Positions 1 through 11,554 of a stretch of 64,000 bases of DNA are shown here, in pieces. Below the pieces are notes generated by a model. That model had not been told where the DNA came from. It made no database searches and saw only the letters and a program-made list of their open reading frames with translations. Positions within the stretch are counted from its first letter, which is position 1. The number at the start of each line of letters is the position of its first letter. Origin of the DNA: Rebecca billardiae RCC1528 (Eukaryota; Protista; Haptophyta). The stretch is taken from NCBI GenBank assembly GCA_965240325.2, contig OZ251227.1:1922001-1986000 (forward strand). The letters run 5' to 3'. The position numbers were made by a program, and so were the translations under genes.

Positions 1-653
1 CGCTCGCCGGCCGCGGCGCGCTCGCCGGCCGCGGCGCGCTCGCCGGCCGCGGCGCGCAAGACGGCTGCGGCGCGGGCGGCGGCCGTTGTGTGCACGCGGA
101 CCGCAGCGCAAGCGGCGACCTTGGCGTGCTCGCCAAGCGCGCCGACAGCTGCGAGCGCGACAGCGCCAGTGAGCCCACCAGCTGCGGCGCCACGACCGTC
201 GACAGAGTATTACTCTGCCGGAGTGCCAGACTTCAGACGCAGCGAGCCCGGCACGCCACGGCTGTCAGCCTGTCATGGTCTGGGCTCGGTCTTGAACCAG
301 TAGCCACGCGCAGAGTAGTGCGCCGCACGAAGGGATCGTTTCGATCTGACGGGATTGCGATGATTGATTGATCCGGCTTCGAGCGTTACCGGCAAGTAAG
401 CCAAGGTGGGCATGCACACGCCGCAACGCGCGAACGGCATGCGCGAGCAAAGTATCCGATGCGGGCAAGGGTAGATGGGGTGGCCCAGGGAGAAGGGGGT
501 GGGCTGAGCTGGGCGTCCGTTACCAGGCTCAGCGCACTTCCACTTCACCCTGTGGCCACCGAAGACACAGCAGCGCGCGCAGCCATGAAGGGGGCGGGCT
601 GCACCGCACGACGTGCGCTCCGAGTCGACGGTGGCCAAGTCGATCGAGCCGCT

Positions 654-772
654 GGGCTGAGATAAGCGCTTATCTCAGCCCGGGCTGATTTAAGCTTATC
701 TCAGCCCGGGCTGATTTAAGCGCTTATCTCAGCCCGGGCTGATTTAAGCTTAAATCAGCCCGGGCTGATTTA
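654..772. repeat. Chain of alternating inverted ~13-14 bp units (GGGCTGA[GA/TT]TAAG) forming nested palindromes
   Basis: gggctgagataagc|gcttatctcagccc|gggctgatttaag|cttatctcagccc|...|cttaaatcagccc|gggctgatttag, about 9 half-units read directly. Confidence 0.9.
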
Positions 773-990
773 GCGCTGCCGCCGCTGCCCTCGCCCGCCC
801 CTGTGCTGCCGCCGCCAAGCTGCGACAGCCGTCCTGATGGATGAAAATCCGCCTACGATTCGGGCATTCGGCATGGCGGCAGCGGCGAGCGCGGCGATGG
901 AGGCGAAGCCGCGCATCTTGCTCATGGGGATGCGGAGGTGCGCCGCGCGCGCGCGCTTGTTCGCGCGTGGTGCCGGCCCATCTCGCCCCT

Positions 991-1029
991 TTAGATGAAG
1001 CCACGCACCAGGTAGAGTGCGCACGCGGC
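991..1029. repeat. 39-bp direct repeat, copy 1 (identical to the last 39 bp of the DUF218 gene, 3080-3118)
   Basis: ttagatgaagccacgcaccaggtagagtgcgcacgcggc at 991-1029 and 3080-3118. Confidence 0.92.
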
Positions 1030-1258
1030 CCTGTACAATCAATTCAGCGACTCCCTCGGCCGTACTTATAATTACAATCCAGGTGCATCTAATCTCCCGT
1101 AACGGTCGCGCCCTCGTGCCTGTGTCTTTAAATCATAGAATTGGTCGAGCACCCCTCGCTAGGCGAGGGGTGCTCGACCGTTACGGGAATCCCGCTGCTC
1201 AGGAACCACGTGCTCCGCGGGTCTTGTCACAGCAGACCGTGCGCGGTCCTCGTCGCCA

Positions 1259-2734
1259 ATGAGCAGTCCGTCGGGCATCCGAGTTCGTGCGCGCGTTCAC
1301 ACCGCCGCGTTCGAAGGGCTCCGCGGTATCGCGGCGCTCCAGGTGAGTCTGGGTCACTTCTGCCAGTTCATGCTCTACCAACCACTCGTGTACTTCAATG
1401 GCACGGCGGCTGTACAGCTCTTTTACGTGCTGGCCGGATTCATGACGTGCCTCGCCAACAACGAGGCGCCCTCGTCGGAAGCGGGGGGCTGCGGTCCGTT
1501 CGCGCGCCGATTCTGGGCTCGCAGGGTCGCCCGTCTTGGCCCCGTCAATTGGCTTTCGATCGTAGTTGGCACGCCGATCGCCGCCCTCCTGCACCCTCGG
1601 CCCCCGTGGCTCGTGCCGCTTAACGTCCTCCTGGACGCACTCTTTGTGCAGGCGTGGGTACCCGTCTTTCATTTGGTCAACGGGCCGCTCTTCTTCATGA
1701 ATGGGCTTGCGCTGTTCTACGGCGTGTTTCCCGCCATCCAGCGCCGCACGCAACAGCCGCGCTCAGCGCAGCGTGTCGTTCAGCTATGCTGGCGGCTCTG
1801 GGTTGCATACGTGGTGCTCTTTGTGCTGATTGCGGCTGCTTTCGAGTGCACCATCTCGCCTACCCCGGGCAGTTTGCCGTCGCAGACGCCGACCACCGCC
1901 GAGATCCTGCATCACGCGCGGCAGATGGCCCACAAGCACCCGTTGAGTAAGCTCCCCTTGTGCTTGATTGGCGCAGTGGTCGGCAGCTATGCAATGGCCC
2001 CCGCTGCCGACACCGCTGCAGGTGCCGAGGGCAGCTCTATCGCTGCGACGAAACCCGCAGCGTCCTTGCGCTGGGGCGGTGTTGCGAATGGCTGCGCTTT
2101 GGCTTACGCACTCTTCACGCTCGCCTTCCTCTGCGTGCCGCTGATCGCCTTCCAGACTTGTGGGTACGAATACGCCTGGATTGCTGAGGATGCCTTCGCA
2201 TACACAGCTGATCTGCTGCCTGGGCCGGCGTTCGCGCTGTGGCTTTACGCCCTGACGCAGGCGCCCGGCTGCGCAGCGGAGCGCTTCTTATCGAATGCGC
2301 TCCTCCAGTGGATTGGCAAGATCTCCTACTCATGGTACTGCATACATTTTCCCCTTTTCTACATCTGCGCATGGCTGAGGGGGCTGGCGCGCGCACCTGA
2401 TGACGGGATCGCTCCCCGCTATGCCGCCGGCTGGTCTGGATCCCCGCTGCTGCAATGGTGGGAGATTGTGCCCGTCATGGCCGTGGTGGCGATGGTGAGT
2501 GCTGCTGTCCATCGCTGGGTCGAAGAGCCCGCGCGGCGGATCATCTACCGTCTCGTCGACGGCACTCCTGCAACGGCCGCAACCCCCGACGATTCGATGG
2601 CGACACGGCGTCCCTGGCGCGGCGATGATGGATCTGATGCTGGGACCGGTATCGAACGCCGGTCGCTGCAGACTATGCCTGGTAGTTCTCTGATGACGTC
2701 GAATACGCCGAAGACGACGATGCCATTGGTCTGA
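1259..2734 (+). CDS. Acyltransferase family 3 (OafA/YrhL-like) multi-pass membrane protein
   Basis: 491-aa intronless ORF; motifs FEGLRGIAALQVSLGH, AVQLFYVLAGF, FWARRVARLGP, LQWIGKISYSWYCIHFP, HRWVEEP; many hydrophobic segments. Confidence 0.88.
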   Translation: MSSPSGIRVRARVHTAAFEGLRGIAALQVSLGHFCQFMLYQPLVYFNGTAAVQLFYVLAGFMTCLANNEAPSSEAGGCGPFARRFWARRVARLGPVNWLSIVVGTPIAALLHPRPPWLVPLNVLLDALFVQAWVPVFHLVNGPLFFMNGLALFYGVFPAIQRRTQQPRSAQRVVQLCWRLWVAYVVLFVLIAAAFECTISPTPGSLPSQTPTTAEILHHARQMAHKHPLSKLPLCLIGAVVGSYAMAPAADTAAGAEGSSIAATKPAASLRWGGVANGCALAYALFTLAFLCVPLIAFQTCGYEYAWIAEDAFAYTADLLPGPAFALWLYALTQAPGCAAERFLSNALLQWIGKISYSWYCIHFPLFYICAWLRGLARAPDDGIAPRYAAGWSGSPLLQWWEIVPVMAVVAMVSAAVHRWVEEPARRIIYRLVDGTPATAATPDDSMATRRPWRGDDGSDAGTGIERRSLQTMPGSSLMTSNTPKTTMPLV

Positions 2735-2748
2735 CGACGCCACAATAA

Positions 2749-3000
<252 letters not shown>

Positions 3001-3079
3001 ATATTTACATGTGTACAATATGTGTACAGTACGTACGGTATCATACGTACGTGCACGTTGACGTGTCGCCGATCAATGA

Positions 3080-3877
3080 TTAGATGAAGCCACGCACCAG
3101 GTAGAGTGCGCACGCGGCGATCTCGCGCACAAAATCGTGCACAGACGGACCGATATCCACCATCGCAGTGTTCGCCACGTCATCAGCATGAGCAGCAGTG
3201 GTGCCATCAGCTGCGCAGGGGACCACGAATGTACAGCCCGTCACGCCCAGGTCATGCGCGGCTTTGCGGAACGTGCGCAACGAGCGCCACTCGTGGAAGG
3301 TTGAGGTGACGAGTGCGACGGTGCCAGATGATCGGGGCGAGGCGGCACACGCGAGCATAGGGATCGTCAGCATGGCGTTTAGCCGGGTGGAGGTCGACGC
3401 GCGCTCCACGCGCAGCGTCGGTTTTCCCGTGGGCTTGAGTACGCGATACAGGAACGCGGCCATCACGTCCGCCTCTGTCGGCAGGTTGGCACGGACGCGC
3501 CAGCCAGTGCCCCCAGAGCAGAAGATCGTTGGCCGTGGATGCGTGAAGGACCACAGATCGGCGGCGCGCTCGAGGCGGCTCTGGAGCGTACGTGAGGGGG
3601 TGCCACGCTGATGGTCGACGGCGTAGCCGAGAACGACGATCTCTCTGGGCCTATATGCGGGCGTGAGCCTTTCACATGCTGACAGCACGTGCGCCATGCG
3701 CTGTGGTAGCTGCAGGTAGCCGACGCGCATGGCGAGCGCGAATGCGAGCGCCATCCCCATCAGCCCGGTCGTTGTGCAGCATGCTAATGCGAGCCGTACA
3801 AGGCGCGTCATGCCGTCGCGCTGCGCTGCAATCGGCCTCATTGCCACCTTCCGGCGCGTCTGTGTCGCCGCCGCCAT
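3080..3877 (-). CDS. DUF218 / YdcF-ElyC-SanA family protein with N-terminal TM segment
   Basis: IVVLG...LQSRLERAADLW...IFCSGG...TEADVM...ERASTSTRLNA...LVTSTFHEWRS...REIAA. Start placed at ATG 3877 (uncertain) because the ORF-track start (4033) lies inside a transposon TIR. Confidence 0.85.
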   Translation of the reverse strand: MAAATQTRRKVAMRPIAAQRDGMTRLVRLALACCTTTGLMGMALAFALAMRVGYLQLPQRMAHVLSACERLTPAYRPREIVVLGYAVDHQRGTPSRTLQSRLERAADLWSFTHPRPTIFCSGGTGWRVRANLPTEADVMAAFLYRVLKPTGKPTLRVERASTSTRLNAMLTIPMLACAASPRSSGTVALVTSTFHEWRSLRTFRKAAHDLGVTGCTFVVPCAADGTTAAHADDVANTAMVDIGPSVHDFVREIAACALYLVRGFI

Positions 3878-4013
3878 GCTGATCCACAATGCCGCACTGC
3901 TGATATGATACAAAACCGGTTCAAATTTGCCGGAGAGGCGGAGACTGGTCAGGAGGATCGGTCCCGCCCATCCCGCGGCCTTCTTGGTGACGAGCGCCGC
4001 GCGCGCGCCCCAC

Positions 4014-5307
4014 GGCTTGTCAGACAAACCCACGCTGGCGGCAGAATGTCCGGGAAGCGCAGATCACCAACCGGACGACCCCCCTTCGTAAGGGAGGGGG
4101 GTCGTCCGGTGCGCATCGAATAGGCGTCGCGCGTGCGCGGGCTGCGGACGCCAGCCCCAACGGCGGGATGGCGCTCACTGGGCGACGCGAGGGCCCGTCT
4201 GCGCCATGCGCCCAGGGCCGCATACGAGCTTGACGGCCGTGCGCGGGCGCCTCGTGGTGGCAAGAAGACCCGATGGCAGCATTTCCGCCGCCTTGTCCAC
4301 GCTCTCGTCACCCTTTATGCGCGCAAAGACCTGCTGACTGGCACGCGCGGCTCTAGATTGGAAGGCCTGCCCGATGAGCATGATGGTCGGCACGCGTGCA
4401 CCCCTCAGGTACTCAACGGTCGGGTTCTTTCGCTTCTGTGCGAGGGGCCTGAGAGTACTAGCATCACCGCTGCGCCTTGAGCCATGCTGGCATCAGTCCG
4501 AGACCGCACGCATGTGTGACAGCTGACAGGCCAGCGAGTCACCGTGCGGCCCGGCGCCGCCAATTCAGTCAGTGCTGCTTCTACACGCATAGCCTCGACC
4601 AACAACTAGGCTAGCACATCTGTTGCATCTTCTCCCGATACCTTGCGGTCTGCTTCGTCGCTCATGCCTCGATCGCCCTACCGTGTACGAATGGCGGCGC
4701 GGCGGCGCGGCGACCGGCTCGGGACTCACAGCCGTGACCGGCCTTCTTCGTGCAGCAGTGGACACCTTCCTGCTCCAGATCGGACCACACCACGCCACCA
4801 GCGTGGGCGCACACGAGCCTGCAGACGATCGCTCACAGGTCGAGCGCACTGTCTACGGCCAGCAGGTGCCCGAGAACGCACTCTGCAGCAACATGTGCAT
4901 TGAGCTGTTCAAACAATATGCTCAACAAGCAACAAAACCGCTCATCTCCGCTGAGTACGCGCGGGCATCGTCGCGCGCGGGGGCTCGTCGATGCGCCAAC
5001 ACCTAGGCCCATCGGGCAGAGGCCGTGGCTCATCTTAATTGGGCCTCTGGCACACGCGCGCGCGCGCTCTCGCGCGGCGGGCCGCCTCCTGGACGCGTCG
5101 CGCGGAAAGTAGCCGGGCCCTGCGCGCGGCGAGGGCGGCGAGGGCGGGCGGGAGCGCGCGCGATTGAGCCCCATAGGTGTCTTGAGCCGCGCCGACCTCG
5201 CGCGCGCACCCGCAGCGGCCGTGGGTGCGCGTCCGAGCGCGCCGCGTGAGGTCGCCATCGTGCCGTGCGCGCGCGGGGCCGCCCAGCGTGGGTTTGTCTG
5301 ACAAGCC
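4014..5307. mobile_element. Non-autonomous TIR DNA transposon (1294 bp), 25-bp perfect TIRs, 3-bp CAC target duplication
   Basis: ggcttgtcagacaaacccacgctgg (4014-4038) and its reverse complement (5283-5307); cac at 4011-4013 and 5308-5310; internal hairpin ~4071-4109. Confidence 0.8.
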
Positions 5308-5364
5308 CACGGCCAGGCTCCTCCTGAAGCAGCAACGGCGGGGATCACAGCCGCAGGCGCGAGC

Positions 5365-5754
5365 ATGGACCCGCTGGTGTTCGAGGCGGATGCCGTGAAG
5401 ATCGACGAGGGCTTGCCGGACGAGGCTACGCTTCCGCTGAGCTCCATCTTTGGTCTGAATCGCCAGGAACTCGCCAGCCTTTCCGCGAGCAGCGGCGGAG
5501 ATGCCTCTGGCATCGGCCAGCGCCCGACCGACTTGGTCAAATTCGGCGAGGCCTTCACCTCCTCGATGCACACGCAGCTGCAGCGGTCGCTGCTGGAGGA
5601 CAAGCAAGATCCGTACATGCTTGAGCTGCAGGCCACCCATCCAGACCAATTCGCCAAGCACCAGCACTCTGTGCGTCAGGCAGACATGGCCATCCAGACG
5701 ATTGGCGCACTGTTGGGCTCGCTGGGTGATCCGTCGTACGCATCCTTCGCATGA
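5365..5754 (+). CDS. Hypothetical protein (129 aa)
   Basis: ATG-started ORF with protein-like composition, divergent from the DUF218 gene; no recognised motif. Confidence 0.55.
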   Translation: MDPLVFEADAVKIDEGLPDEATLPLSSIFGLNRQELASLSASSGGDASGIGQRPTDLVKFGEAFTSSMHTQLQRSLLEDKQDPYMLELQATHPDQFAKHQHSVRQADMAIQTIGALLGSLGDPSYASFA

Positions 5755-6442
5755 GCACCCATGGCAGCGTTGGTGCGCACGGCTTCACTGCGCTACACGA
5801 ATGTACTTCGCCGAACACACGTCGTCATCGACCTCACCATCCGCTGCTGGCGATTGACGTGGGGCCCTGCTCACCGCTGCACTGTAGTGACTGTGGCTTT
5901 GGACTCGGTTTTTTTGCACTGCCGTGATCTGCGCGGGGCCCTAAGCCTGCCAGGCGGCACATTCCGGCCTCTAAGCCTGCCGGGCAGCGCTACGACAGAT
6001 GATCGCGAATCTATCGCTCGCGCCAGCCGGGCCGGCGGGTGGCGCCCGGGCCCGTCAGTCAGGGCTCAGCCGCGTTCCGCAGTTGTCCGGTTGAGATATT
6101 CACTAATTCCTAACGGTCTGACCGAGCCGACCGAGGCGGGCATCGGCGTCGTGGCTCGGAGCGCCTGCTGACAGTGCTGTCACAGTCAATATCAATCATA
6201 GTGTATGCGTCATTATATCGCGTCAGCAGGCGCTTGCGATGTTATTATTCCGCCAACTCGGGCGGCGGAGCCTCCGCGAACGAACTCCGAAGCCATATAT
6301 GATTATATGTTATCTGGAATCTGCGCGGCCCCGGATTGACTTTGAGCCCGGTACTCGTTATTCATTGTACTGCTTAGTTACATATTGTCGGATGAGTCTC
6401 ACTCTCGGGCGGCGGCCACGTGCAGCGCGCCGGGTCTTATAT

Positions 6443-6635
6443 GGCGCTCGGCCGCGGCGGCATCTGCCGTCGCCGCCGCGTGCCCCAGGCCGAGGCGGTG
6501 CTCCATCCCGGCCCCGCTCCCATAGGGGGGCAGGGCTGCGGGTGGCGCACTGTCTGACCTGGACGGAAGGCGCGGACGCATTCTATGTGTCTGCTGCACT
6601 CTGAGCCTGACGCTTGTTCGTTGCTGCCACGTCGT

Positions 6636-6638
<3 letters not shown>
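6443..6638 (+). mobile_element. 5'-truncated copy of a retroposed-like fragment ending GTCGTTAA
   Basis: Near-identical to 58696-58890, same 3' end, followed by (TA)n. Confidence 0.7.
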
Positions 6639-6788
<150 letters not shown>

Positions 6789-6797
6789 TAACTTATT

Positions 6798-8090
6798 ATG
6801 GCCCGCGGTGCAGGGCGGAGCGCGCAGCGTGGAGCCCGCACCAGCGGGCCCGAACCACGTTTCAAAAAGATCTTTGATCAAGAAAAAAGGGACGGGGGGC
6901 GGCGGAAAAAAAGGGACGGGGGGCGATTTTTAGGGCTGGCGGAGACCGAGTTTCGAGTTTTTGAGATCGCATTGAGAGGTCTATCAGGCCAAAAAAAACC
7001 GCGCCCAGCTGATTCCCTTAAGTAAAGTGCGATCTGGACGTCAGCTGGACGTGACATTAGTGTAACGGTTCGTTACGAGCGAATCGTACTCGTCTTCCCG
7101 GATCGCGTGACGTCCGGACTGGGCCACATCCGGATCGTCGGAGGTGACGTGCCCCGGCACGATGGGCGATGGCGGATATGCGGGACGGCGCCTGCACGTG
7201 CCTCCGGACCCGCCTCCCGCTTGCTGCTCACGCAGTCAGCTGCGACCGTGGCGCATGATCGCAGAAGCAGTGCCGGCAGTACGGCCTGCATCAGCTAGTG
7301 CCGCGCCGTCGTGGCGCGCGCGGTACGGTTGCGCGTTTGCAGCGCTCGCCGCTCGGCGACCGGGCACGCGCGTGCGGCTCAGGTGTGTCAAATGCGGTCT
7401 CGTCGGCGCGCTTTCGCCTGCCACCTCGTGCACCCGTGCCGCCAGTTTCATCGTCTTCATGAGGACTGCTGCTGCTGTCGCCATCCGCTCTCCATCACCC
7501 CGAGTCGCCGGTCGCGCGGCGCGCGCGGTAGGCACTAGGCAGGGCGTACGGTCACTCACCCGTGCAACGGGTCAAGTGGCCAGAGTACGTCTGGTCGTTG
7601 GCTGGCACGGGCCGCAGCGCTAAAGCACCCTGCTGTCACACCCGACTCCTTCAGTACTCCGAGCTCCGCGGCACGACTCACTCGGCACGATCGCGGACGG
7701 GTCGGATCCGAGCTGATCAGCCAGAGTTGGACACAGTTTGTTTGGCAGCTACTAGTAGTAATTCCGATGCCGATGGCACGATCGCGGACGGGTCGGATCC
7801 GAGCTGATCAGCCAGTTGGACATTTGGCAGCTAGTTGTCAGACGGACGTCCGATTTGACGACCGGTGCCGGGTGCGGTCTCAGGTCCGCTGCTGTGATTG
7901 TGTGAAGTGTGAATGAGTCTCGCGGTCGCGCAGGCAGGGCGACGGTCGGACTAATATAGCTTCAGTCATCTCAGAAGTCAGAACCGACTTCAACCGGCGA
8001 ACTGCCACTACGGCGGAGAGCCGCGATTGCACGGCCACCGCGGGCCCCCAACTGCGTTGATTCTATGCAGAAAAGGACCGCGGAACGCGG

Positions 8091-8094
<4 letters not shown>
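6798..8094 (+). mobile_element. Family A element, copy A (Helitron2/Helentron-like, non-autonomous)
   Basis: 5' ATGGCCCGCGGTG; subterminal inverted copy CACCGCGGGCC at 8036-8046; terminal hairpin GACCGCG-GAA-CGCGGTC at 8076-8092, then AT; flanked by microsatellites. Confidence 0.82.

Positions 8095-8170
<76 letters not shown>
8093..8170. repeat. (TA)n microsatellite
   Basis: Direct reading. Confidence 0.97.
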
Positions 8171-8175
<5 letters not shown>

Positions 8176-8654
8176 AATATAAAATATAATTATAAGGTAT
8201 AGTCACGCGGTTCATTCCGAGTACTTCGGACTAATTCTTAGACTTTATTCAGCACGACTATCGGTCTGAAGTCCTGTATGCCTGTTAGCGGTGTTAACCA
8301 TTCAGACGGGCATTGCCGGGTTGCACCCGGCAATGCTGCATTCACCCCGGTCCTACCGGAATGCAGGGCTCGCCCCGCTGGCCGCTCCAAGTAGTGCCGC
8401 GCCCGCACTGCGGCCACTTCATCGTCATCAAATATATTGCATGTATTCAGCATCGTCAATAATGATGATATATTAAATTCAAGATATCGCTCGGGCAGGA
8501 GCCTAAGTGGCACCGGGTGCCGGTCACCATCACATCGTCGGTCCGCCAGCGGTCGGTCACTCTCAGGCCAGGGTCCGGCAGTTCAAATACGCCCGAAATA
8601 CGGCGAGAGCAAACTCAGTAGGGCGCCAGCCCAGGAGCACTGGTCGGTGCCCGC

Positions 8655-9712
8655 ATGATGGTATGGTACTGCTGCACGCATGGTATGGTTATATATGGTA
8701 CTGCTGCGCGCATGGTATGGTAATGCAGCATGGCCGTGTATGGTATGAGTACTGCTGCGCGCATGGTATGGTACTGCATGGTACTGTATACATATATATA
8801 TGGTATGCCGGTACTGCTGCTGTGCGCATGGTATGGTACTGACATGCTGGTATGGTACTGCATGATGCCTGATGGCGTACGTACTGTAGCTATGGTATGC
8901 GGTACTGCTGCGCGCATGGTACATATATGGTACTGCTGCGCGCATCAGCATGGTATATGGTACTGCATATGGTAATGTAGTATGGTAGGTTATATGGTAC
9001 TGCTGTGCGCATGGTATGGTACTGCATCATGGTACGGTGGTACTGCTGTGCGCATGGTATGGTAATGCCGCATCAGGCTGTATGGTAGTGAGTAACTACT
9101 GCTGCGCGCATGGTATGGTACTGCATGGTACTGTATACAATACATATGGTATGGTACTGCTGCTGTGCGCATGGTATGGTACTGCATGATATGGTATTGC
9201 ATGATGGTACTGTATGGTATGGTTCTGCTGTGCGCATGGTACGTACGGTGACCTAATGGTGCTGCAGTGCACGCACAAGTGGTATGGTCACTGCACGGTA
9301 CTGTATGGTATGTACATGGTAATGCTGTGCGCATGGTACCGGTATGGTGCTGCTGCGCGCATGGTATGGTACTGCATGGTACTGTATGGTATGGTACTGC
9401 TGTGCGCAAGGCAGTAGTATGGTACTGCATCATGGCATGGTACTGCTGTGCGCATGGTATGGTACCGTGGCATCATGGTATGGTACTGCTGTGCGCATGG
9501 TACTTGGTACTGCATGGTATGGTACTGCATGATGGTACTATGTTGGATGGCGTTAATCACACCTTAACCAAGTGTGCACGTTAAATCATAGTAAACTGTA
9601 TCATGGTATGCAGGTACTGTGTCTGCTGCGCGCATGGTATGGTACTGCTGTGCGCATGGTATGGTGCTGCATGGTATGGTATGGTACTGCATCGTATGGT
9701 ACTGCGCGCATG
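8655..9712. repeat. Degenerate minisatellite built from GTATG/GTACT/GCTGTGCGCATG units
   Basis: Repeating gcgcatggtatggtactgc; overlapping ORFs in all frames are low-complexity. Confidence 0.92.
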
Positions 9713-10461
9713 CACATCGATCATGCGATGTACCGAGCTGACAGCATGATGCGCATCATGCGACGATTGTCGTGTACCGAGCTGACCGAGCATGATGTGA
9801 GCTCATGGCAGTCAGCACCACCACCATCTGCTACTACTGTCCTACCACTACAACGCCAGTCTACCGCCATCAAGCTGTTCCGACCACCACCACCTACTAC
9901 TTCCACCGCCGCCACCACCGCCACCACCATCACCACCACAACGCCTGAAGGAGGAAGCAGCCCGACACTAGGCTTGAAGGCCCGCCCGCACGCGTGCGGT
10001 GCGCGCGGCTGCGGTTGGCGCTTGGATCAGTCGGGCGGCAGGGGCGAGATTGACGTACGATGCAGCAGCTTCTGAAGCTGCTGCTTCCTCCTTCCGTCGA
10101 GCTGCTGTCTGAAGGAGGAAGCAGCACTGCGCGAAGCAGCCTCAGGCAGCAAACACTAATCAGCGTTTCACAGAAACGCGCGCGCGGGGCGAGGAGCGGC
10201 GGTCGCGGCGCGGGGGTCGGAAGGACAGCCGGGGCGGAATTCACGTATGAGGGGCACTCGTCAGTCGTCACTATGCCGCATGCGCATCGGCACTAACCAC
10301 GCGCCGCCTCCACTGGGGTGTCCGCGGTCGCAGGAGCGTGCGCCTCGCGAAGCAGGCGCCGCGTCAACGCGGCGGCACAGGTCCGGAACGTGCCGGTTCC
10401 GGTCCGTTGAGCAGGTAGAGAGCAGTGCACGCTATGCGAGTAATCAGAGCTGTTGCTCATC

Positions 10462-10964
10462 CGTGCACCACTCGGCAAATAATACAGGTGAAAGGAGGGT
10501 TGCACCAAAGTTGCACCACCACTGCTGCACCACTCCGAATAATACATCAGACGATGAAAGGAGGGGTGCACTTGTCGGGTGCACCACGACTGCTGCACCA
10601 CTCCGGATGATACATACAGATGAAAGGAGGGGTGCACCAGCACCGCACTCCGTGCACCACTCCAAATAATACAGATGAAAGGAGGGTTGATGCACCACCA
10701 CTGCTGCACCACTCCGAATAATACATCAGACGATGAAGGAGGGGTGCACTTGTTGGGTGCACCACCACTGCTGCACCACTCCGGATGATACCATACAGAT
10801 GAAAGGAGGGGTGCATGCACCACACTCCGTGCACCACTCCAAATAATACAGATGATGAAAGGAGGGTTGATGCACCACCACTGCGTCTGCTGCACCACTC
10901 CGAATACAGATGAAAGGGTGACCGTGCTGCAACACTCCGAATACAGATGAAAGGAGGGGTGCAC
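10462..10964. repeat. Degenerate minisatellite (tgcaccactccgaataatacagatgaaaggagggg-like unit, about 9 copies)
   Basis: Direct reading of repeated gatgaaaggaggg and tgcaccactcc. Confidence 0.9.
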
Positions 10965-11554
10965 GACTTACTTACTGATGTACCGGTCCGTGTTCATTAC
11001 TTACAACAAAACTTGCGATGCGGTACCACCCGGTCGGTACCCTCACTTTGCACGGAAAACCGTTGGCACCAATTGGGATCTGACTAAACTGTATTCCGTG
11101 GGATACTTATTGGAAGGCCATCAATCTTGTAGGAATCACCGGACTACGCGTGTCCTACCGGAAAACTCGCTCCGCTCGCATTGGTTGTTCTTACCGAACA
11201 CCAATGCGAGCGGGGCTCGCGATAATTAAGTAGTATAAGCTACTACACGGTCAAGTCAATAGCTCAGCTCAGTCAGTCATCAGCCGCCGCAGCTAGGACT
11301 TATTCCGCCCGAACTCCTCATATCAGAATTCAGACTGCGACTCAGGGCCTATAAGCCGCCTGCTTACTCAGTGAATGAGTTACGTCTTACGAGTCGATCA
11401 GCGGGAGACAGCTGGCGCTGATGCGGGAGTCCCGGACATATTGCCGCCTGCTAGTTGGACGTCGAAGCGTAGTCACTCAGTCGTAGAGACTTAGCACTGC
11501 TCAGTCAGGCCCGGCCCGCTGCTGCCTGCTGCCGCCAGCAGGGCTCTGCAGTGA

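Noticed and set aside
1-57. 18-bp GC-rich tandem repeat x3
   Set aside because: Truncated by the window edge; nothing further can be supported
6798-8094. TG...CA ends as a solo LTR
   Set aside because: No 4-6-bp TSD, interiors differ between copies, and the asymmetric IR plus hairpin fits rolling-circle elements better
8507-10964. Many W/Y/C/H-rich ORFs
   Set aside because: Translations of minisatellites
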